Notes: generated by a model from the letters alone, not told the origin. 64,000 bases of DNA from Turneriella sp. (GCA_965279515.1 CBDIID010000003.1:576001-640000), one strand, 5' to 3'; counted from the first letter of the stretch, positions 19,769 to 30,786 are shown. Program-made: numbers and translations.

Positions 19769-21117
19769 GCCACCGACAATTTTTCAGATTTTTTTCTGCC
19801 GCGCAGGTACACCTGCGCGGCAAGTATACAAAGGAACGCCACCAGCGCCATCGCCCTGAAAATATTCGTATAGGCGGCGTCCGGTGCAAAACCTTTTTGC
19901 CAGACCAGCGCCGTCGCCGAGATCGCAACCCCGAATGCCCCGCTGAAAAACTGCATCAACTGAAAGAGGCCGAGCCCCGAACCGATTTCATTCTTCTCCA
20001 GGATCCGCGACATCTCATTCGAGACAGCTGTGGTCAGGAAAGTAAAGGCGATGCTGAGCAGCATATAAGCGCCCATAATCCAGAACACCGATTCAATGGC
20101 GAACAGCGCAAAGAGCACGGTCGCCAAAAAGAGCAAACCGGGGATATAGAACAGGATGCCGCCATTGCCCGCGCGGTCGATCACCTTGCCGACGAGCGGG
20201 GAAAGAAACATCGCCGTCAGCGAACCCGGAAAAATCACAAGGCCCGCATGGATCGCCGTCATCTGGTAGTGTTTAATCAAAAGCTGCGGCATGAGAAAGA
20301 GCATTGAAAAACTCAGTACGTAGGCCGCAATGCCCACAGCGCCCAGCGTCAGGTAGCGCCGGTTCGAAAACAGCGCAGGCATGACAAAGGGCGAAGCTGC
20401 CGACCGTATGCGCAAGGCAAAAGCCAGCACGGCGGTTAATCCCACTGCGAGTGAAATAAGTGATTTCTGCGTCATCGCCAGAAGCAGCGCAGTGATGCTC
20501 ACGGCCGAAAGAATTGCCCCCAGTGCATCGAAGCTGCCCGGCTTCGGCGTTTCGCGTGGCAGAAGTTTTGCGAAAACGGGGATGAGTAGAAGTGAAACCG
20601 CGGTCAGCAGAAAGAGCACATGCCAGCCGAGATACTGTACAATCGCGCCACCGACGACGGGCCCCAACCCCAGGCCCAAACCGACCGCCGACATGACCGT
20701 TGCCATCGCGCGGCCCCGGCGCTCGAGCGGAATATAACGCGACACATAGACGAGTGCGAGGCCGGGTATTGAACCTGCGCCGGTGGCCTGCAAAACGCGC
20801 ATGCCAATGAGCAGGAAAAAATCATGGGTAAAAAAGCCGGCTATCGCAGCCAGCCCCAGAGAGAAAAGCCCAATGATAAAAAGGCGACGGATCGGCACGA
20901 AATCGGCAAGGCGGCTATAGGTAATAGAGGCGACGGCGAATGTGATTGAATACGCCGTCACAATCCATGACGTATCGGAAATCGGGCGGGAAAAATCGCG
21001 GGCGACAGACGGCAAGGCCAGGTTAAACATCATGGTATTCATGATGACGAGTACGATGGCGATGCTCAAGAACAGGGAAATCCAGCGTTCTGTTTGGCGT
21101 GTGGGCTGCATGACCAC
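19765..21117 (-). CDS. MFS efflux transporter (14-TM DHA2 / Tet(L)-like)
   Basis: NTMMFNLALP, WIVTAY, GPVVGG, FD..GA motifs. Confidence 0.85.
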   Translation of the reverse strand: MVMQPTRQTERWISLFLSIAIVLVIMNTMMFNLALPSVARDFSRPISDTSWIVTAYSITFAVASITYSRLADFVPIRRLFIIGLFSLGLAAIAGFFTHDFFLLIGMRVLQATGAGSIPGLALVYVSRYIPLERRGRAMATVMSAVGLGLGLGPVVGGAIVQYLGWHVLFLLTAVSLLLIPVFAKLLPRETPKPGSFDALGAILSAVSITALLLAMTQKSLISLAVGLTAVLAFALRIRSAASPFVMPALFSNRRYLTLGAVGIAAYVLSFSMLFLMPQLLIKHYQMTAIHAGLVIFPGSLTAMFLSPLVGKVIDRAGNGGILFYIPGLLFLATVLFALFAIESVFWIMGAYMLLSIAFTFLTTAVSNEMSRILEKNEIGSGLGLFQLMQFFSGAFGVAISATALVWQKGFAPDAAYTNIFRAMALVAFLCILAAQVYLRGRKKSEKLSVA

Positions 21118-21228
21118 AATATGTGCATATGCACGTTACGTGGCAAAAAAAACCTGCAATGTCCTTTACGGCCATGCGGGGGAACGAACCAAATCCCCGC
21201 TGGGTCATCACGATAAGCCTTTTTGCCC

Positions 21229-24200
21229 ATGAATCTCATACAGACCTCGATTCTCCGCCCCGTCTTCGCCTGGATTCTGATGTCGAGTCTCATCATATTC
21301 GGCGCGGTTGCCGCGATGCAACTGGGCGTCAGCCAGTTGCCCGATATCGATTTTCCAATCCTGAGTATCACTGTGACCTATGAGGGTGCAACTCCCGAAG
21401 TTGTCGAATCAACGCTGCTCATGCCGATCGAAGAGCGCCTGTTGGGAATCGAAGGACTCAAACAGATGCGCTCGAGTGCGCGCCAGGGTTCGGGCCAGGT
21501 CGTGCTGGAACTCGACTTAAAGCGCAACGTCGATGTCGCGCTGCAGGAAGTGCAGGCCGCACTCAGCCAGTTGAGGCTGCCCATCGGTATCGATCCGCCG
21601 GTGATCGCGAAGACGAACCCCGAAGACCAGCCGTTCATGTTCGTCGGCGTCTTTGCGGATAAACCGCTGCCCGAACTCATCCGCTGGATGGATGTCTTTC
21701 TTCTCGACCAGTTCCGTTTTATACCGGGCATCGGCGAGGCTTCGGTGACGGGTTACCCCGAACGCAATTTACGCATCTGGCCCGACATCGCGAAAATGCG
21801 CCGTTATGACATTACCGTTTCAGACCTTATTACCGCCGTAGAAACGCAGCATATTGAAAGCACCGCGGGACAATTCATCAAGGGCAAAGAAGAGTTGCGC
21901 GTGCGCTGGCTGGGTGAAGCCGCCTCGCCCAAAGATCTCGCCAAGGTGCGCATCTTAAAACGCGGCGGCGAAAATATCTTCGCCTCCGGTGCAGCTCTCA
22001 CCATCGGCGATGTCGCGCGCGTCGAAGACGGCCTCAGCGACCAGCGCCGCCTCGCGCGCCTCAACGGCAAGGATGCGCCCGGCATCGGTATCGGCATACG
22101 CAAACAGCGCGGCCAGAACGAAGTTGCACTGGCCGAGGCCGTGCACAAAAAGGTCGCTGAACTGCAGAACCAGTTGCCCGAAGGTTATTCGCTGCAGGTC
22201 AACATCGACTTTTCGCGCGCCACGAAGGCGACGGTTTTTACCACCTATGAGAAGCTGATCATCGCGGCGCTGGTGACTATCCTCGTCTGCTTTGCCTTTC
22301 TCGGCAGCTGGCAGGGCGCGCTCAATATCATCTTTTCGATTCCCACCTCGATCGTCGGCACCTTTCTCATCATCTACTTCGCCGGCTTCACACTGAACCT
22401 GTTCACGCTCTTAGCGCTCACCCTCGCGATCTCGATCGTGGTCGACGATGCGATCATGCTGCTCGAAAATATCGTGCGCCACTACCGCATGGGCAAATCA
22501 GCCGCGCAGGCAGCTTACGACGGCTCGATGGAAATTTTACCGGCGGCGACAGCCGCTACGCTCGCGGTGATTGCGGTCTTCTTACCCGTCGTCGTCATGG
22601 ACGGCGTGATTGGCAAATTCTTTTTCCAGTTTGGCATTGTCATGTCGGCAGCCGTGCTCTTGTCGCTCGTCGAAGCGGTAACGATCACGCCGATGCGCTC
22701 CGCGGCATTCCTCAGCACGGCGCCCAAAACAGGCCGGCTGGAAATGTATCTCGAGCGCGTTTTTGAAGAACTCGGCCACAAATATGCACGCCTGCTCGCG
22801 AAGGTTCTGAAACGGCCAAAGACCGCCAGTTTGATATCCTTCCTGATTTTTGCGCTGTCGCTGATTCTGATCTCCCAGGTGCGGCAGGAATTTGTTCCGC
22901 TGCAGGACCAGGATTATATCATCGGCAATGGTCAGGCGGCCGCCGGTTCATCGCTGCCCTATACGGTAAACCGCGCCAAAGAGTTTGAAGTGCTGCTCGG
23001 CAAGCACCCTGACGTGGAAAGTTTTTATACCAATGTCGGCGCCGGCGGTCTGGCTGCGGAAATTAACCAGTTCACGATGCTCATCCGCCTGAAGCCGCGT
23101 GCGAAACGGAAGAAGAAACACTCGCAGATTATGGATGACCTGCGCAAGGAGTTCAAAACCATTCAGGGCGCCCGGGTGTCGCTGCGCGATTTTTCGAGCC
23201 GCGGTCTCACTTCAGGCAAACAATTCCAGGTGTCTTTCAACATATTTGGCAGCGATCTCGAAATTCTCGACGCCAAGGCCAAAGAAATTATGGAGCGCCT
23301 GACGAACGAGGGCCTCACGCAGGATCTCGACACCGATTTCAAAAGAAATTTTCCCGAACTGTTAATTTCACCCAACCGCGACGCCATGGCCGCGCGCTCG
23401 GTCAGCATCCAGTCTGTCGCCACGACACTCGGCGCCACGGTTGCAGGCCTGCGCGAGGGCCGTTTCACGGCCGACGGCCGGCGCTACGATATCCGCATCA
23501 AGATGCCCGAAGACAAGGTGACCTCTCCCAAAGACATCGGCAATATCATGGTGCGTAACGCCGCTGCCAACAACGTGCCGCTCAGCGAGCTGGTAAAATT
23601 TTCCGAAAACAAAACCTTCCAGTCGATTACGCGCGTAAACCGGCAGCGTGCGATTGGCGTCTTCGGTAACGTCGCGGGCGGAAAATCACAGGCTGTGGTA
23701 CTGGCACGCGCGCAGAAGATCGCGCAGGAGATTCTGCCCAAGGGTTATTCCTTTGCGCTGGAGGGTGGCGCGGCTGGCCTGACGGATTCTTTTAAGAGCC
23801 TCAACCTTGCGGTGCTGTTGGGCATCCTCATCGCCTACATGATTCTCGCCGTGCAGTTCAACTCGTTTGTGCACCCGATTTCAGTGCTCGTCGCCCTGCC
23901 CTTCAGCCTCACGGGCGCACTCATTACGCTTTGGGTTTCCGGAGTTTCCCTGAACCTGTTCAGCTTTATTGGCCTGGTGGTGCTCATGGGCATCGCCAAG
24001 AAGAATTCGATTTTGCTCGTGGAATTTACCAACCACGTTCGCGCCGCGAAAACCATCACGGTGCGTGAGGCACTGATCGAAGCCTGCCCGGTGCGGCTCA
24101 GGCCCATTCTCATGACGTCGACGGCGACGGTTTTTGCGGCGCTGCCGCTCATTCTGGGCGACAGCGTCGGCCAGGAAACGCGCACGCCGATCGGCCTGAC

Positions 24201-24444
24201 CATTGCCGGCGGCACGATCGTATCGACAGTTTTCACGCTCTTTATCGTACCCTGCATTTACCTGATGCTGACCCGCTTTGAAAAAGAAAAACATACGCTG
24301 CTGACGATCCATTCACCCCAGGGCGATTTCAAAACCCCGGTGATGGATCCGCCGCATGAAAAGGACGGCCTGCGCGAAATACCCGTACCTTTTGAAGAAG
24401 AACCGCCGGTGCCGCGAAGAAAAAAGAAAACCAAAACGACTTAG
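21229..24444 (+). CDS. RND efflux permease (AcrB/MdtC family)
   Basis: RPVFA, PDIDFP, VVDDAIMLLEN, KKNSILLVEF, RLRPILMT. Confidence 0.95.
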   Translation: MNLIQTSILRPVFAWILMSSLIIFGAVAAMQLGVSQLPDIDFPILSITVTYEGATPEVVESTLLMPIEERLLGIEGLKQMRSSARQGSGQVVLELDLKRNVDVALQEVQAALSQLRLPIGIDPPVIAKTNPEDQPFMFVGVFADKPLPELIRWMDVFLLDQFRFIPGIGEASVTGYPERNLRIWPDIAKMRRYDITVSDLITAVETQHIESTAGQFIKGKEELRVRWLGEAASPKDLAKVRILKRGGENIFASGAALTIGDVARVEDGLSDQRRLARLNGKDAPGIGIGIRKQRGQNEVALAEAVHKKVAELQNQLPEGYSLQVNIDFSRATKATVFTTYEKLIIAALVTILVCFAFLGSWQGALNIIFSIPTSIVGTFLIIYFAGFTLNLFTLLALTLAISIVVDDAIMLLENIVRHYRMGKSAAQAAYDGSMEILPAATAATLAVIAVFLPVVVMDGVIGKFFFQFGIVMSAAVLLSLVEAVTITPMRSAAFLSTAPKTGRLEMYLERVFEELGHKYARLLAKVLKRPKTASLISFLIFALSLILISQVRQEFVPLQDQDYIIGNGQAAAGSSLPYTVNRAKEFEVLLGKHPDVESFYTNVGAGGLAAEINQFTMLIRLKPRAKRKKKHSQIMDDLRKEFKTIQGARVSLRDFSSRGLTSGKQFQVSFNIFGSDLEILDAKAKEIMERLTNEGLTQDLDTDFKRNFPELLISPNRDAMAARSVSIQSVATTLGATVAGLREGRFTADGRRYDIRIKMPEDKVTSPKDIGNIMVRNAAANNVPLSELVKFSENKTFQSITRVNRQRAIGVFGNVAGGKSQAVVLARAQKIAQEILPKGYSFALEGGAAGLTDSFKSLNLAVLLGILIAYMILAVQFNSFVHPISVLVALPFSLTGALITLWVSGVSLNLFSFIGLVVLMGIAKKNSILLVEFTNHVRAAKTITVREALIEACPVRLRPILMTSTATVFAALPLILGDSVGQETRTPIGLTIAGGTIVSTVFTLFIVPCIYLMLTRFEKEKHTLLTIHSPQGDFKTPVMDPPHEKDGLREIPVPFEEEPPVPRRKKKTKTT

Positions 24445-24534
24445 CGCCCGCCGGGAGAATCCCCTGGCCCAGGCTGAGGTTTTACCGAAGGTGATAGGAC
24501 GACGGGGAAGCGGCTTTCGCAACTCCCGAAAATA

Positions 24535-24960
24535 TTATCCGAGCTTTTTCAGCATCGCGACAGCCCGCGACACCTTGCTTTCAATGCCTTCGGCCTGGGG
24601 ATTTCCCGCATCGGGCGAATTGGCGCTGCGAATCTTATATTCTTCGGTTGCAGTCACTGAAGCGGCTCGCGCCGGTTTCTGTGTTTCACCGTCATCGCTG
24701 AGCAGGCATTTGAGTGCGAAAACAAAACTATCGCCGATCTTATCGAGCATCGGCTTGTGGTTGGCATTGCGGTAGAAACCGTAGGCCACGAGCGGCATCT
24801 CTTTATCAAAATAGAAAAAATCGCCCAGCCGTATCAGGCCGGTTTTATAGCCGATCGTGCTGAAAATCTTCCCTGCCTCGAAGTACCGGCCCTCGTTGAA
24901 GAGCAGGTTCCCTTTTCTCATCAGTTCGGCTTTTTGCGCGTCGTTGAGGGCCATACTCAA
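24535..24960 (-). CDS. Hypothetical TPR-like protein
   Basis: LMRKGNLLFNEGRY helical repeat; last gene of the partner-switching operon. Confidence 0.65.
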   Translation of the reverse strand: MSMALNDAQKAELMRKGNLLFNEGRYFEAGKIFSTIGYKTGLIRLGDFFYFDKEMPLVAYGFYRNANHKPMLDKIGDSFVFALKCLLSDDGETQKPARAASVTATEEYKIRSANSPDAGNPQAEGIESKVSRAVAMLKKLG

Positions 24961-24973
24961 TTATCGGCCAAAT

Positions 24974-27817
24974 TCAGGTTCTTTTGAGACAGACAAGTGC
25001 AATATCGTCAGAAAGATCGCTGGGGCCGGGTTGATCCAGCTTGATCTGCGAGAAATCCTCAACTGCCTTGGCGAGCGCAGCGAGAATCGCATCGGCGCTG
25101 TCTTTTGACTTACCCGCGAGCACCTTTTCCATTCTGTCATACCCAAACTGCTCGCGCCCGGGATTCATCGCTTCGCTGAGGCCATCGGTATACTGGAGAA
25201 AAACATCACCCTTCTCCAACATAATCTTGCGGGGCTCCATCGTCGTGACAAAAAAATCGTTGTCGTCCATGCCGAGTGGCATGCCGCCGGCGGGAATATA
25301 TTCGGTCTTACCATTCGAGTTATGGAAAACCAGCGGCTGCGAATGGCCGGCAGAGAGATACTGTAACTCGCCGGTTTTCAGGTTGTAGAGGCCCAAAAAG
25401 AATGTCACAAACATATGCGAAGGAGTTTCGATATACAGCTGCTCGTTCAGTTTCAGCATAATGTTCTTAATCGAAATCTCTTTTTCACGCAGCTGCGCAT
25501 GGAGCGTCGCACGCGTCATCGCCATCACGAGCGCCGGCCCGACGCCGTGGCTCGAGACATCGCCCATCGCGATCGCGACATAGTCGGTACCCAGGGCGAT
25601 GTAGTCAAAATAATCGCCGCCGACGCCTGCCATTGCCTTATAAAACCCAGCCAAGTCGGCACGGCCGGCAATATTCTTCGGTGTCGACGATGGCAAGAGG
25701 CGCTTTTGAATCTCTTCGGCGGCCGCCAGCTCGCCGCGCATCTCTTCGCGCTCCTTGAGGCCAACCACCATGCCGTTCAGGCTTTGGCCGAGCGTGGCGA
25801 GTTCGTCATAACCCTTGCCGTCAAAGGTGACCTGCAGGTTGCCGTTTTTCACCAGCGCCGATGTCGAGCTTAACGATGCAATGCGGCGCACTGCAAACCC
25901 GGAAAAGTACCAGGCCGCGAAAATAGCGAGAATCGCAATGCCCGAAGAGAATATCACGAGCCAGCGCGTCGACGCGAGTATGCGGTTGAGACCCTCGGTT
26001 TTGTTGATGATCGCAAGGTTGAAACCCACAACATTTTCGCTGAGTAGCTGCGCCGCAAGCCCGCCGGCTTTCCCCGATAACAGGGGAGAAGTATCGAGAA
26101 AGTGCATATACTCTTCGGCTTCGGTGCGCGTCACGGCCAGCACGCCACCCGCCAGCGGCGACTTCACGCCGCGCGGCACCTGGACCTCTGTTTCATTGGT
26201 GGCCGAATAGATAAACTGGCGGATGAGCTGGAAATTACGCGCCTGGTCGTTGCGGCTCTGCACGCTTCTCAGTTCCTGCGACAACTGGTCTTGCTCTGAA
26301 ACGAGACTCAGCCTCACCTTGGCGAGGAGCGCCGCATCGCGCAGCCGCAGCAGGGCTTCGGCAAGAATAAGTTCGGGATTTTCGAGGAGACTGGTTTCGC
26401 GCGCTTTCAGGCTGTATTTTTCACTTTCCGCGGCTTCGATCGCCTGCCGCTCGCCTTCAATTTTGTTCAAAAGCTCGTCGGCGGTGGGGGAATCCTGCGG
26501 CGCTTTTTTCGCTTCGACCTTCTTCAGCAGGTCTTCAAAATCTTTGATTTTTTTCTGCGCCGCGGCAATGACATTCTGCCGCTCTTTCATGAGCGCTTCA
26601 ACGCCCTTAAAATGTTCTTTTTCTTTTTGCGCAAATTTGACAATCGCTGCCAGTGCGCTATCGCGCTTATCGGCAACGGCCTTGTATTCCTTTGCCGCCG
26701 TCATGAATTCGGGGTCACGGAACGGAGGTACACCCTTCTCACGGAGATTTTTGATACGCTCTGCCTTGGTTTCGGCGAGCGTCTTGAGTTCGGCGGCAAA
26801 TCTGGCGTCTGCGTCGGTAAATTCTTTCAGCGAAAAGCCGGGTTCTTTACCGATTTCTGTCGCGCGCCTTGCCCTTTCGACCACCGGTATGTTCACAAAG
26901 ACGGGAGAAAACTGAGACTCAAAGGGGGTTTGCTGGACGTTGAACTCCGCCTTGGAAAAAAGCAGCTTTTCATCGCCGAAAAAGTTTTGCTTAAACTTCG
27001 TGAATTCGGCGTGGCGAAAAAGTTTTTGCGTCGCAGTGCCGCTCTGCGGAAAAAACGACGCTGTATCGAGCTGCTCGGCCTGGTCTGAATCATAGCTCAG
27101 AATGCGGATCGACTCGGGACGGAAGCCCGTACGCTCGATACGGCCGGAGAACAGCGGCCCGAAAGGACGCCTCAGATCAGCGAGTAATTTTGTCCTGAGC
27201 TTCGTGACATACTGTCTCAGCCAATCGGGGGGATTTTCCATCGCCGTGAGCTTCATTTCATTCACGGCAATCTGCGACGCCATGCCCTTCCAGCGCGCAA
27301 AATCCACCGGGGTGGCAGTCGCATTCATCGTCACGTCGATAAACCCCTTGAGCATCGCCTCAAAATCCTTGAGGTTTTTATCGGTGAGGTATGTGCTGTA
27401 ATACGTATCAAAACGGCGCGTCTGGTAGGTGTAATTCACCCGCGCACCGAATGCGGCGCCGACGCCACGGAAAAAGTTACCGACGCTGGAATCTTTTTTA
27501 CTGCGATCGACTTTCTGGAAACGTTTGGCCTCCATGGTTTTTTGCCGCAAGCGGATACGGAAGTTTTCGAGCTGCACCAGCCCGCCGGAAATTTTATGGA
27601 GCTCGGCAACATGCGAGGCGACGAAATCGAGCGGCGCCTGCGTCTCGCGCGCAAACGACGCCGAAAGCTCTTCTTTCTGGCGGAAATAACTGAAAATAAA
27701 ACTGAATACCAGGAGCGCGCTGACGAAAAACAGCGTAAAGACCGTGAGCTTTAACCGGATGCCTGGTGCGATTTTTGCCCAAATTCCCGGTTTTTTATCT
27801 GTCACTTTTTTCCCCAT
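24974..27817 (-). CDS. Membrane sensor SpoIIE/PP2C phosphatase with HAMP domain
   Basis: 2 TM helices, large extracytoplasmic region, HAMP (DELATL), IQKRLLP, GGDYFD, DVSSHG, YTDGLSE, DDIA. Confidence 0.92.
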   Translation of the reverse strand: MGKKVTDKKPGIWAKIAPGIRLKLTVFTLFFVSALLVFSFIFSYFRQKEELSASFARETQAPLDFVASHVAELHKISGGLVQLENFRIRLRQKTMEAKRFQKVDRSKKDSSVGNFFRGVGAAFGARVNYTYQTRRFDTYYSTYLTDKNLKDFEAMLKGFIDVTMNATATPVDFARWKGMASQIAVNEMKLTAMENPPDWLRQYVTKLRTKLLADLRRPFGPLFSGRIERTGFRPESIRILSYDSDQAEQLDTASFFPQSGTATQKLFRHAEFTKFKQNFFGDEKLLFSKAEFNVQQTPFESQFSPVFVNIPVVERARRATEIGKEPGFSLKEFTDADARFAAELKTLAETKAERIKNLREKGVPPFRDPEFMTAAKEYKAVADKRDSALAAIVKFAQKEKEHFKGVEALMKERQNVIAAAQKKIKDFEDLLKKVEAKKAPQDSPTADELLNKIEGERQAIEAAESEKYSLKARETSLLENPELILAEALLRLRDAALLAKVRLSLVSEQDQLSQELRSVQSRNDQARNFQLIRQFIYSATNETEVQVPRGVKSPLAGGVLAVTRTEAEEYMHFLDTSPLLSGKAGGLAAQLLSENVVGFNLAIINKTEGLNRILASTRWLVIFSSGIAILAIFAAWYFSGFAVRRIASLSSTSALVKNGNLQVTFDGKGYDELATLGQSLNGMVVGLKEREEMRGELAAAEEIQKRLLPSSTPKNIAGRADLAGFYKAMAGVGGDYFDYIALGTDYVAIAMGDVSSHGVGPALVMAMTRATLHAQLREKEISIKNIMLKLNEQLYIETPSHMFVTFFLGLYNLKTGELQYLSAGHSQPLVFHNSNGKTEYIPAGGMPLGMDDNDFFVTTMEPRKIMLEKGDVFLQYTDGLSEAMNPGREQFGYDRMEKVLAGKSKDSADAILAALAKAVEDFSQIKLDQPGPSDLSDDIALVCLKRT

Positions 27818-28299
27818 TCACGCCTGAGTTTTAAAACGTTGTGTTCGGCCGCGCGCTCATACGCTGAATCCAGCGTGGTGAGCGCAATAAGCCCCAGGCC
27901 ATTTTCAAGGCCTTCTTCATAATAGAATTCGGTATTGGATTTATGCTCGAGGGGATTAAACGGCAGGCCGTTATCGCGGATTTCAAACTCGACCTGCGTT
28001 GGTTCCTTACGCATCGTCAGTGAAATCTGCGCCGCCTCAAGCGCCTTCGCATCGGGAAAACCGTGCTCAATGATGTTGGCCACCGCCTCGTCGATCGCGA
28101 GAATAATGCGACTCTGCGCGATTGCATCCAGCCCGGCGTTCAGGTCTTCTGTAATATCGATATGCTTCGTCGAATCAAGAAAAGCACGCACGGCCTCGCG
28201 CACGCCCTTCAGCTCATTCAGGTCGCCGGAAATTTTCAGTGCAATCTCGGTACGCAAAATTACAAATCGCCTCTCAGAGGTTTTTCTCCCCTTCAGCAA
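27802..28299 (-). CDS. Anti-sigma factor Ser kinase (RsbW/SpoIIAB-like)
   Basis: LAIDEAVANIIEHG, IRDNGLPFNP, GLGL. Confidence 0.85.
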   Translation of the reverse strand: MLKGRKTSERRFVILRTEIALKISGDLNELKGVREAVRAFLDSTKHIDITEDLNAGLDAIAQSRIILAIDEAVANIIEHGFPDAKALEAAQISLTMRKEPTQVEFEIRDNGLPFNPLEHKSNTEFYYEEGLENGLGLIALTTLDSAYERAAEHNVLKLRREWGKK

Positions 28300-28621
28300 G
28301 CGAATTGTAGACGTTGACCCGCTTGGTAAAAAACATCAGGTCCATCGTGTCGCGCACCTCTTTACTGAGCGATGAGAGCGCCATCTTGCCGCCCTTGTCT
28401 TTCAGCGTTTTGAGCACTGCATTCAGCGCGCCGATACCGGCGGATGCGACATATGTGAGCCGCGTGCAATCGACAAGGAGCGACTCGACGCCCTTCGCGA
28501 TGAACTCGTCGAGCTTGGTTTTCAGCGTTGGTGTGGTTTTGGCATCGAGCTCTCCGGTGAGTTCGATCACCGCCTTCTTGCCGTTTAGTTTTTCCTTGAT
28601 TTCAATCTGCGCGTCAGCCAT
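28274..28621 (-). CDS. STAS anti-anti-sigma factor
   Basis: LTGELDA, LTYVASAGIGAL with phospho-acceptor Ser. Confidence 0.9.
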   Translation of the reverse strand: MADAQIEIKEKLNGKKAVIELTGELDAKTTPTLKTKLDEFIAKGVESLLVDCTRLTYVASAGIGALNAVLKTLKDKGGKMALSSLSKEVRDTMDLMFFTKRVNVYNSLAEGEKNL

Positions 28622-28629
28622 AGTTCCCC

Positions 28630-29544
28630 TTATCCCTTCTTTAAGACCTTCCACAGATCTTTCTTTGTGATGACGTTATAGAGCATGCGTTCAAGGCGGT
28701 CAATTTCATAATAATAGCGGATCGCCGAATTGCCCTCGAAGATCATCGCGTACTTGCGGATCATCCGCACGGCGACCTTAAGGTCACCTTTCATGATACC
28801 CTGCGAAATACGGAAATACAGGTCGGTTGCGAGCAGCTGGTTCAGCGACTCTTCGAACATCCGGTCGCGCGCCTTCAATGCATCGATCACCTTGCGCACA
28901 TCCTTATCCGCATAGGTTTCGGCGTCAGAATACTCCATCATATACCGCGACAACAGCTGCGCGGCCCGCTTAAAGTTATCGGTGCGCGATGCGACCAGAA
29001 TCTGCTGGTAGAGCATCTGTATTTCGCGCGTGATGCGCGCTCGTTCTTCTGTGACGCCCAGCTTTACGGGCTCCAGCGCCTCGGCGATCTTGGTCTCTTC
29101 CATCGAATCGAGAGTTTGTTCGAAGGTCGTGGCGCTGCGGTCATTGTTAACACTTTGCCATTCGGTCATGGGGGATTTCAGGATGCCGAGGAATTCAATC
29201 GATTCTTTGGCTTCACCGATTTGCGGCAGCATCTGGATGATTTCGAGGAAAAAAACCGAAGCATCGCCCAACACAGAGAAATTTTCTGCCATCGCTACAC
29301 CGATCATGCGTTTGCAGTTCGGTGCCAGCGTCGTGCGGTAGGCCGGGTTCTTGAGTTCGGCGCGCAGGTGCTCGAGGGTTTTGCGTGCATCACCGGCACG
29401 CCTTTCCCACGCGGCATTAAACAGCGGGTCATAGAGATATTTTTTGAAGTTACTTTTGCCTGCCTGCGCCAGCAAACGTACCAAACGGTTATACTCCTGC
29501 GCCTGTTCGGAGCGCGATGGAGTCAGTGAATATAAATCTTCCAT
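28630..29544 (-). CDS. Hypothetical helical protein, first gene of the partner-switching operon
   Basis: 304-aa ORF tightly coupled to the STAS gene. Confidence 0.75.
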   Translation of the reverse strand: MEDLYSLTPSRSEQAQEYNRLVRLLAQAGKSNFKKYLYDPLFNAAWERRAGDARKTLEHLRAELKNPAYRTTLAPNCKRMIGVAMAENFSVLGDASVFFLEIIQMLPQIGEAKESIEFLGILKSPMTEWQSVNNDRSATTFEQTLDSMEETKIAEALEPVKLGVTEERARITREIQMLYQQILVASRTDNFKRAAQLLSRYMMEYSDAETYADKDVRKVIDALKARDRMFEESLNQLLATDLYFRISQGIMKGDLKVAVRMIRKYAMIFEGNSAIRYYYEIDRLERMLYNVITKKDLWKVLKKG

Positions 29545-29637
29545 GCCCTGCGGGTTAGCCCAAGGCAGTTAACCACAGGGGCAAGTTTTTTTTGATAGAC
29601 TGCACGGGCGACTTCGCTGATTATCTGCCTGAACAAT

Positions 29638-30786
29638 ATGAAAAAAAGTTTTATCTGCTGCGCTTTTTTGGCACTACCCCTGATAATGCAGCTCAACGCG
29701 GCCAGCGATGCCGCCAGCGCATTCGGCGCCGACAAATGTGAGGCGCCTGCAGCGGGAAAATTCAACGCCTCGCGGTATATCGACCATTTCGCCTTTGAAG
29801 AGGCCCTGCCGTTCTGCGACAAAGGCGCCAAATGTTCACATTCCATGAGAAACTGGCTGGCTGTGCGCGAGTTTTCACTCGGCAACTATGCGGGCGCAGA
29901 GAAATGGTTCGACGAAGCGGTGAATTTCGCCGCCCACGAAAAGCCCGGCAAGACCTGGACCAAAAAAAAGGGCTGGGGCGCGCTTGAGGATATCCGCCGT
30001 TACCTGAAACAGAGAGCCGAACTCGGCCGGATTTCCCCCGACTATGTGCAGCGCATTCGTGTTATTTATCCGCGCCACACCCGGGCGACGGCGCCTTTCA
30101 CCGCAAAGACGCTCGAATACGACGCCTCAGCCTGCCGGCTACGCCACATCGAGATGAATTTTGGTATGCTGCGGCAATATATTGAGCTCTTCTCACGCGG
30201 CCGCCTCAGCATCGCCGTCGATTACCAGGTTGTCGACGGAGCAATGACACGGCTGACCCAGCGCGCACAGGGCGTACTGGAAAGCATTGAGCCGTGGACC
30301 GAATCCATGTCTGCTCTTATGGCAGATACTGCGGCCAACTACGATCTCGCCTGGTTTGTTTATCCGTATAAAGGCGGTATTGCAACCGGTGGCATCGGCG
30401 GCCTGCCCCTGACGGCGGATGCGACGAAAAAGGTCCGCATGCGCCGCGTCTGGTACCCCGATGGCTGGGGCCGATTTGTAAATTTTCCGCAATTTTTCCA
30501 TGAATACCTGCACACCGTCGAATTCAGCCTGGGGCTGCAATTGACGTCGCACAACCCGGCGCAGACGGCAAAAATACTGAAAGAGACCGGCCTTGAAAAG
30601 GGCAATTCCGGTGAAACGGATTACGCCGAGTGGCATTTCGCCAATACTATCCCAGGCAAACGAACCTGGGAAGAGGCCTTTGGCTACCCGAAACGTAAGC
30701 AGAGCCGTGAAATGGAAACCGATGCAAAAGCCGATGAAATGCCGATACATAAGGAAGAACGTCTAACGAAGGACGACGAGTCATGA
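29638..30786 (+). CDS. Secreted protein with HEXXH zinc-peptidase motif
   Basis: Signal peptide, [10 protein letters not shown]. Confidence 0.65.
   Translation: MKKSFICCAFLALPLIMQLNAASDAASAFGADKCEAPAAGKFNASRYIDHFAFEEALPFCDKGAKCSHSMRNWLAVREFSLGNYAGAEKWFDEAVNFAAHEKPGKTWTKKKGWGALEDIRRYLKQRAELGRISPDYVQRIRVIYPRHTRATAPFTAKTLEYDASACRLRHIEMNFGMLRQYIELFSRGRLSIAVDYQVVDGAMTRLTQRAQGVLESIEPWTESMSALMADTAANYDLAWFVYPYKGGIATGGIGGLPLTADATKKVRMRRVWYPDGWGRFVNFPQFFHEYLHTVEFSLGLQLTSHNPAQTAKILKETGLEKGNSGETDYAEWHFANTIPGKRTWEEAFGYPKRKQSREMETDAKADEMPIHKEERLTKDDES

Noticed and set aside
24447..24530. Possible structured RNA between convergent genes (CGGGAG...CTCCCG)
   Set aside because: Only a short outer stem; no recognisable RNA family
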